Assembly (NCBI GenBank): GCA_022825895.1 | Contig: JAJDVX010000041.1 | Coordinates: 6,944-70,943, forward strand | Direction: 5' to 3' | Source: Chloroflexota bacterium | GTDB taxonomy: Bacteria > Chloroflexota > UBA11872 | Length of the DNA: 64,000 nucleotides | Shown here: piece by piece, positions 59,041-64,000 of the stretch | Position numbering within the stretch: the stretch's first letter is position 1 | How the letters are laid out: each line of letters starts with the position of its first letter | Translations under genes and position numbers: made by a program | Notes under the pieces: model-generated | Database searches by the model: none | What the model was told of the DNA's origin: nothing | Seen by the model: the letters and a program-made list of their open reading frames with translations, nothing else

Positions 59041-60018
59041 GTGTTTCTTGGACCTGTTGAATCAACTCAGGCCGAAGCCGACATCCAGCCGGCCGTGCAG
59101 GCGGTGGAGGTTGGCGACAACTACGCACACTTTCACATCGAGCCCCTTCGGCGCGGTTTCGCGCACACGCTGGGCAATCCCCTGCGTCGCGTATTGCTCT
59201 CCGCGCTCCCCGGCGCGGCATTCGCCACGGCACGCATCGATAGCGCGCTGCACGAGTTCAGCACGCTGGACTTCATGCGCGAAGATCTCGTCGAGTTCCT
59301 GCTCAATGTGAAGGGCGTTCGGATTCGATCACTGGACGCCGAGTCGGCCGTGGTCTATCTGGAAGCCGAGGGTCCGTCTGAGGTCACCGCGGCGGACCTG
59401 GAATTGCCGAGCGGCATCGAAATCGTGAATCCCGAACATCACCTGGCCTCCCTTACGGACGCAGGATTCCTGCGCGCGGAGTTTTCGGTTGAATCTGGCG
59501 CGGGCTACATCGGAAGCGAGACGCGCGGCGACCTGCCTATCGGCGTTATTCCAATGGATATGGTGTTCAGCCCGGTAACCAAGGTTGAGTACCACGTGGA
59601 ATCGGCACGCGTCGGTCGCGAGTCCGAGTACGACCGGCTCGTGCTGAAGATCTGGACGGATGGCGTTATGAGCCCCGCGGATGCCCTGCGAGGCGCCGCG
59701 CAGCAACTCATCGAGTCGTTTCAGCTGATCGCCGGAGTTGACGAAACGGTGGACAGCGTGACATCGGCCTTCATGCCGCCTGTTCCGGAGGCCGAAGGCG
59801 ACCCGCTTGAAGATCTCAAGCTCTCGAATCGAGCGTTGAACAGTCTCAAGCGCCATGAGCTCGAAACGGTGCAGGAGCTCATTCGACTGTCCGAGAACGA
59901 CCTCTATGAGCTCCGGGGCATGGGTGAACGTCTTGTAACGGAAATCCGCGAGGCGCTGGAATTGCGCGGTCTCGCGCTGGCCGACAATTCGTCGGAACCG
60001 GACCAAACCCAGGAGTAA
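59041..60018 (+). CDS. rpoA: RNA polymerase alpha subunit
   Basis: EPLRRGFAHTLGNPLRRVLLS, LHEFST, FSPVTKV, C-terminal domain. Confidence 0.97.
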   Translation: MFLGPVESTQAEADIQPAVQAVEVGDNYAHFHIEPLRRGFAHTLGNPLRRVLLSALPGAAFATARIDSALHEFSTLDFMREDLVEFLLNVKGVRIRSLDAESAVVYLEAEGPSEVTAADLELPSGIEIVNPEHHLASLTDAGFLRAEFSVESGAGYIGSETRGDLPIGVIPMDMVFSPVTKVEYHVESARVGRESEYDRLVLKIWTDGVMSPADALRGAAQQLIESFQLIAGVDETVDSVTSAFMPPVPEAEGDPLEDLKLSNRALNSLKRHELETVQELIRLSENDLYELRGMGERLVTEIREALELRGLALADNSSEPDQTQE

Positions 60019-60023
60019 TTCAG

Positions 60024-60374
60024 GTGAGGCATCGTCGACGAGGACGCCACCTGGGGCGCAACCCCGCGCAGCGGCGCGCGTTGAAGCGCGGCCTGGTGCG
60101 GTCACTGATTCTGCACAGCCAGATTGAGACCACCCTGGCGCGTGCCAAGGAGATTCGACGCGACGTCGACCGTCTGATCACCCTTGCCAAGCGCGGCGAT
60201 CTCCACGCGCGTCGTCAGGCCATTGCCCGGATTCCAGATCCCGAGACGATTGAGCGGCTCTTCGAGGATATCGCCGATCAGTACGCGGACCGTCCGGGCG
60301 GTTATACGCGGATTCGCCGTGTGGGGGTTCGCCTCGGTGATGGTTCCCCGTTGGTTCGCATGGAGCTGGTGTGA
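60024..60374 (+). CDS. rplQ: 50S ribosomal protein L17
   Basis: MRHR, IETTLARAKE, RPGGYTRI. Confidence 0.98.
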   Translation: MRHRRRGRHLGRNPAQRRALKRGLVRSLILHSQIETTLARAKEIRRDVDRLITLAKRGDLHARRQAIARIPDPETIERLFEDIADQYADRPGGYTRIRRVGVRLGDGSPLVRMELV

Positions 60375-61162
60375 CACACGTACGCACCGTTCGCGCGACC
60401 GTCGAATACGACGGCGCGGAATTCAGAGGCTTCCAGCGGCAGCGGGGTGTTCGTACGGTTCAGGGCGTCCTGGAGTCGGCCATTCAGGCGGCCACCGGCG
60501 AGGCCGCGGCCGTGGCCGGCGCAGGGCGGACCGACAGCGGCGTTCACGCGATAGGTCAGGTGATTGCTTTTCGAGCTGTCACGCGGCTTGACGACGCGAC
60601 ACTGCTGCGGGCGCTCAATGCGCATTTGCCCGCGGATGTCGTGATTGACGAGCTCACGACCACGGATCCCGCGTTCGATCCGCGACGGGACGCCATGTCG
60701 CGCGTCTACGAGTACCGGATTGAACAGCGCCCGGTGCGCCCGGTCATTGACAGGCATCGTGCGTGGCACGTTGGACAGCCGCTCGACCTGATCCGGATGC
60801 GAAGTGCGGCGTCTCAGCTCATTGGCTCGCATGACTTTGACGCATTCACGGCCGGACGCCAGGCGAGTACGAGGCGCGAGATCTACGCGCTTGAAGTTTG
60901 GCGAGAGGGCGCCACCATCTTCATTCGCATCGCCGCGAACGCGTTTCTCTTCCGGATGGTGCGACGAATCGTCGCCACGCTCGTTCGAGTCGGCCGGGAT
61001 GAGATCGATGCGGCCTCCGTGGCCGCACTCCTGCGGCCGGCTCCTCGCTCGCATGTTCGCGGCACGGCCCCGGCGCACGGACTGACTTTGCTACGGGTGG
61101 AGTATCCGGCGCGTTCGTCTCGATACAATCAGCAACGCATGCAACAGGCGGTGAGGCCGTGA
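60371..61162 (+). CDS. truA: tRNA pseudouridine(38-40) synthase TruA
   Basis: [36 protein letters not shown]. Confidence 0.97.
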   Translation: MTHVRTVRATVEYDGAEFRGFQRQRGVRTVQGVLESAIQAATGEAAAVAGAGRTDSGVHAIGQVIAFRAVTRLDDATLLRALNAHLPADVVIDELTTTDPAFDPRRDAMSRVYEYRIEQRPVRPVIDRHRAWHVGQPLDLIRMRSAASQLIGSHDFDAFTAGRQASTRREIYALEVWREGATIFIRIAANAFLFRMVRRIVATLVRVGRDEIDAASVAALLRPAPRSHVRGTAPAHGLTLLRVEYPARSSRYNQQRMQQAVRP

Positions 61163-61575
61163 GCGCACAGAGCGGACGGCGGTGGGTAGTGGTCGACGCC
61201 TCCGGGCAGACGCTTGGACGCTTGGCCACGCGCATCGCTCACATGCTGCGTGGGAAAGACCAGCCGACGTTTACGCCAAACGTGGACGATGGTGCTGGCG
61301 TCATTGTGATCAACGCGGCACGCATTCGCGTGACGGGGCGCAAGCTGGAGCAGAAATTCTACGCACGTCACAGTGGCTACCCAGGCGGCATCCGAATGAC
61401 GCGGCTTGACGAAATGCTCGACCGCCGTCCCGACCGGGTCATTCGGCTCGCGGTCAAGGGCATGTTGCCCAAGAATTCGCTCGGTCGTCGCGCTCTGAAG
61501 CGCTTACGCGTGTACGAAGGCCCTGAACACCGTCACGAGGCGCAGCGGCCCCAGACTCTTGAGGTAGGCGCATGA
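61159..61575 (+). CDS. rplM: 50S ribosomal protein L13
   Basis: WVVVDA...[21 protein letters not shown]. Confidence 0.98.
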   Translation: MSAQSGRRWVVVDASGQTLGRLATRIAHMLRGKDQPTFTPNVDDGAGVIVINAARIRVTGRKLEQKFYARHSGYPGGIRMTRLDEMLDRRPDRVIRLAVKGMLPKNSLGRRALKRLRVYEGPEHRHEAQRPQTLEVGA

Positions 61576-61967
61576 CGCTCGAAGGCCACTACTACTACGG
61601 TCTTGGTCGACGAAAAGCCGCCGTCGCGCAGGTCCGCGTGTACGCCGGTCACGGGCCGTTTGTCGTCAATGGTCGTCCGATTGAGGAATTCCTGTCGGTG
61701 CCCGATCACCGTTTCCATGCCCTTGAGCCGTTGCGAATGCTTGATGAGATGTCCGTGGGAATCTCGGCTCGGGTGAATGGCGGCGGTACGCGCGGACAGG
61801 CTGGAGCTATTCGCCTAGGTTTGGCGCGTGCCCTGGTGGCCATGGACGCCGAAAACCGTCCAAAGCTCAAGCAGGCCGGCATGTTGACTCGGGACCCGCG
61901 GGCCAAGGAGCGAAAGAAGCCTGGCCTGGTTCGGGCGCGCAAGGCCAAGCAATTCACCAAGCGCTAG
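61572..61967 (+). CDS. rpsI: 30S ribosomal protein S9
   Basis: [35 protein letters not shown]. Confidence 0.98.
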   Translation: MTLEGHYYYGLGRRKAAVAQVRVYAGHGPFVVNGRPIEEFLSVPDHRFHALEPLRMLDEMSVGISARVNGGGTRGQAGAIRLGLARALVAMDAENRPKLKQAGMLTRDPRAKERKKPGLVRARKAKQFTKR

Positions 61968-62575
61968 TCGTTCGGCGGCCCCACTTCCGAGTCGTCGGGG
62001 GCAAATCCCAGGTCAAGTTCAGGAAGTTCGTCGAGCGATGTCAGGCCAAAGTAGGCCAGAAACGTGTCGGTGGTTGTGAAGACGGCGGGCCGGCCCGGGG
62101 CGTCCAAGCGTTCCGCTTCCCGAATGAGGTTGCGTGCGAGCAGTGTGGCTAGCGCGCTGTCAGAGTCCACGCCACGAACGCGCTCGATTTCGGCACGCGT
62201 TGCCCGTCCCCGATAGGCCACGATTCCCAGCGTTTCCAGGGCCGCGCGTGACGGTTGCCGGCGTTGGTCCAGACCCAGAAGGCGGCGGCAGTGTTCCGCA
62301 AGGTCGGGAGCGGTGACGAGCCGAAAGGCGTTGCGATGTTCCAGCAGAATGACGCCGCGGGTTCGATAGTGCTCCGTGAGCTTGCCCAGCGCCTCCCGAA
62401 CTTCCGGTTCCGAAGCACCCGTGACGCTGGCAATTTCGGTCGCCGAGAGCGCACGATCGGCCACGAAGAGCAGAGCCTCAATTGTGCGAGCCAGCCCGAA
62501 GTCGCCTTCCGGACATTCTGCGAGGGATCTCCGGTCCGGATTTGTGCCGGCCTCGCTAGCCGTCGCCATGCCCAT
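61964..62575 (-). CDS. scpB: SMC complex subunit ScpB
   Basis: IEALLFVA, AALETLGIVAYR, TRAEIERVRGV, PGRP...TTDTFLAYFGL. Confidence 0.95.
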   Translation of the reverse strand: MGMATASEAGTNPDRRSLAECPEGDFGLARTIEALLFVADRALSATEIASVTGASEPEVREALGKLTEHYRTRGVILLEHRNAFRLVTAPDLAEHCRRLLGLDQRRQPSRAALETLGIVAYRGRATRAEIERVRGVDSDSALATLLARNLIREAERLDAPGRPAVFTTTDTFLAYFGLTSLDELPELDLGFAPDDSEVGPPND

Positions 62576-63311
62576 CGGTGGATTTCAGCATGATCGAGCC
62601 AAAGGGTCCGGACTGTTCCACGGTCGCCGCGCGTTGCCTGACCAGGTGAAGGACAGCCACGAAGGTTGCGATGAGTTCAGCGCGGTCGGCGCAGTCAACA
62701 GCAATCGCGTCGAAGGCCACGGTTCCGCAGGATTCGAGCAGGACTCTGAGTTCGCGAACCTTGTCGGCTACACGGAAGCGTCGCGTTGGCGCTTCAACGA
62801 TCGACTCAACAGGTGTATCGACCTGGGTGAGTCGCTCCAGGGCCTTCAGGAGTCGAGCAAGATCGCCGGCGCCTGGTTCGGGCGTCGGATGGGGAAGGTC
62901 TGGCTGCGCAACCCGGATGAACGACGACTGACCGGCGCGCAATCGCTCGTCGAGGTCCAACGCGACGGTCTTGAACGCCGCGTAGACGCGTAGACGCTCC
63001 GCGAGATCTTCAGCCGTTTCTTCGTCGTCGTCGGACTCCTGCTGTGGCAGCAACGCTCGGGATTTGAGCAATGCCAGCCGCGAGGCGACGAGCAGGAATT
63101 CGGACGCAGCTTCGGCAAAGCGGTCATGCAGGTGGTGTGCGTACGTCACAAACTGGTCGGTTACGGCCAGCACCGATACGCCCGTGATGTCCAGCCCCTG
63201 TTGCTCGATCAATCGAACCAGAAGGTCGAGCGGTCCCTCGAAATCCCCGACGTCGATTTCGAATCCGGTTAGCGCGCTGGCCTGACCGGCGGGTCCCCAG
63301 GTGGTGCTCAC
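62556..63311 (-). CDS. scpA: SMC complex kleisin ScpA
   Basis: FEGPLDLLVRLI, SEFLLVASRL..LKSRALLP, TFVAVLHL. Confidence 0.94.
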   Translation of the reverse strand: MSTTWGPAGQASALTGFEIDVGDFEGPLDLLVRLIEQQGLDITGVSVLAVTDQFVTYAHHLHDRFAEAASEFLLVASRLALLKSRALLPQQESDDDEETAEDLAERLRVYAAFKTVALDLDERLRAGQSSFIRVAQPDLPHPTPEPGAGDLARLLKALERLTQVDTPVESIVEAPTRRFRVADKVRELRVLLESCGTVAFDAIAVDCADRAELIATFVAVLHLVRQRAATVEQSGPFGSIMLKSTDGHGDG

Positions 63312-63796
63312 CGCTGCCCGTCCAGCTCCGCGAGCCGTCGGCCCCGGTCGTGCTCGCGGAATCCGTACGCGCGCAGCGTTTCGACCACGTCCGTACGCGA
63401 GCCGGCGAGCTCAGCCAGGCGTGCGCTCGCCTCCGTGTCGCCCACCAGGCGGGCGATGCGCCCCCGTCGTGAGGAGTCAGGGAAGCGTTGCCAGCGCAAT
63501 AGCAGCCAGGGAGCCAGGGCTTTGGTCAGCGTCAGGCCTGTTCGATCAGCCAGCCCGGGCCGGCCCTTCCCGACGTCGTGAAGCAGCGCGGCGATCTGCA
63601 GCGTCTCGTCATCTGGTGAAACCTTTTGCGCCGCGTGATACACGGCGAGCGCATGGCGCTGATCGGCCGGGGTGAGCCGCATAAACAGCGCCCGCTCGTC
63701 AGCGTTCAGCCTTCGAATGGCCTGGTCTCGTTCGGTCGTGGGCACACGCGGATCGAGGAGCGAAAGCGCCTGTCGCAGCCGGTAGTTAACCCCCAA
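63308..63796 (-). CDS. HD-domain-like protein
   Basis: DQRHALAV...AALLHDVGK; probable TTG start at 63796 overlapping the upstream gene. Confidence 0.72.
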   Translation of the reverse strand: MGVNYRLRQALSLLDPRVPTTERDQAIRRLNADERALFMRLTPADQRHALAVYHAAQKVSPDDETLQIAALLHDVGKGRPGLADRTGLTLTKALAPWLLLRWQRFPDSSRRGRIARLVGDTEASARLAELAGSRTDVVETLRAYGFREHDRGRRLAELDGQR

Positions 63797-63998
63797 GAAG
63801 CAGCCTCGTGGCCCAGAGGACCGGGCGGCTGATGATACCGGTGGCCCCGGGAACGATGGCGACGAGCAAGAAGAGCCCAATCAGGAGGCCGGGCCCGTAT
63901 CTGCGCAACCCGTCCAACCGTTGAGCCGCTTCGCGGGGAACCAGGCCGATCAACACGCTGAATCCATCGAGCGGAGGAAGCGGAATGAGATTGAATAC
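63786..63998 (-). CDS. Site-2 protease (peptidase M50), C-terminal part (5' truncated; not in the ORF track)
   Basis: Translated by hand: VFNLIPLPPLDGFSVL...RYGPGLLIGLFLL...GG*; NLxPxxPLDG is the M50 motif. Confidence 0.88.
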   Translation of the reverse strand, partial: VFNLIPLPPLDGFSVLIGLVPREAAQRLDGLRRYGPGLLIGLFLLVAIVPGATGIISRPVLWATRLLLGG

Positions 63999-64000
63999 CG

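Noticed and set aside
1-64000. tRNA, rRNA, transposase, integrase or prophage genes
   Set aside because: None recognised by eye. Intergenic spaces are short apart from the repeat region and the rpoB leader. A covariance-model scan would be needed to exclude small ncRNAs.

Overview
High-GC bacterial chromosome segment, most likely Chloroflexota. That assignment is an inference from the DnaK subdomain-IB insert, the S12 insert, the RpoC N-terminal insertion and SGAxKG motif, and the L2 '[13 protein letters not shown]' motif. From left to right: the 3' end of a DUF2851-like gene; a ~0.8 kb array of palindromic REP/boxC-like repeats containing a 291-bp tandem duplication; a sigma70 promoter overlapped by an HspR-type operator, driving lon-dnaK-grpE-dnaJ(CbpA type)-hspR-clp; creatininase, NUDIX and Eis-like GNAT genes; a Tat lipoprotein with SPOR-like and beta-propeller regions plus miaB; a 12-kb glycosylation locus (rmlD, five glycosyltransferases, O-antigen-ligase-like protein, initiating sugar-phosphate transferase) ending in an NHL-repeat Tat lipoprotein; a second grpE-dnaJ-prmA-HIT operon without dnaK; a ~29 kb co-directional rpoBC-str-S10-spc-alpha-truA-rplM-rpsI superoperon; and convergent scpB-scpA-HD-site-2 protease genes. 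I found no rRNA, tRNA, CRISPR array, transposase or prophage. The window is mostly housekeeping and I cannot demonstrate a wholly new system. The best leads are: (1) a candidate surface-lipoprotein O-glycosylation locus; (2) a ClpC-type ATPase in the ClpB slot of a consolidated HspR operon; (3) clustered insertions in 30S-head proteins S3/S10/S14/S19 and IF-1; (4) Pol II-like substitutions in the RNAP bridge helix and trigger loop; (5) a terminator-like attenuator in the rpoB leader; (6) nested REP elements.
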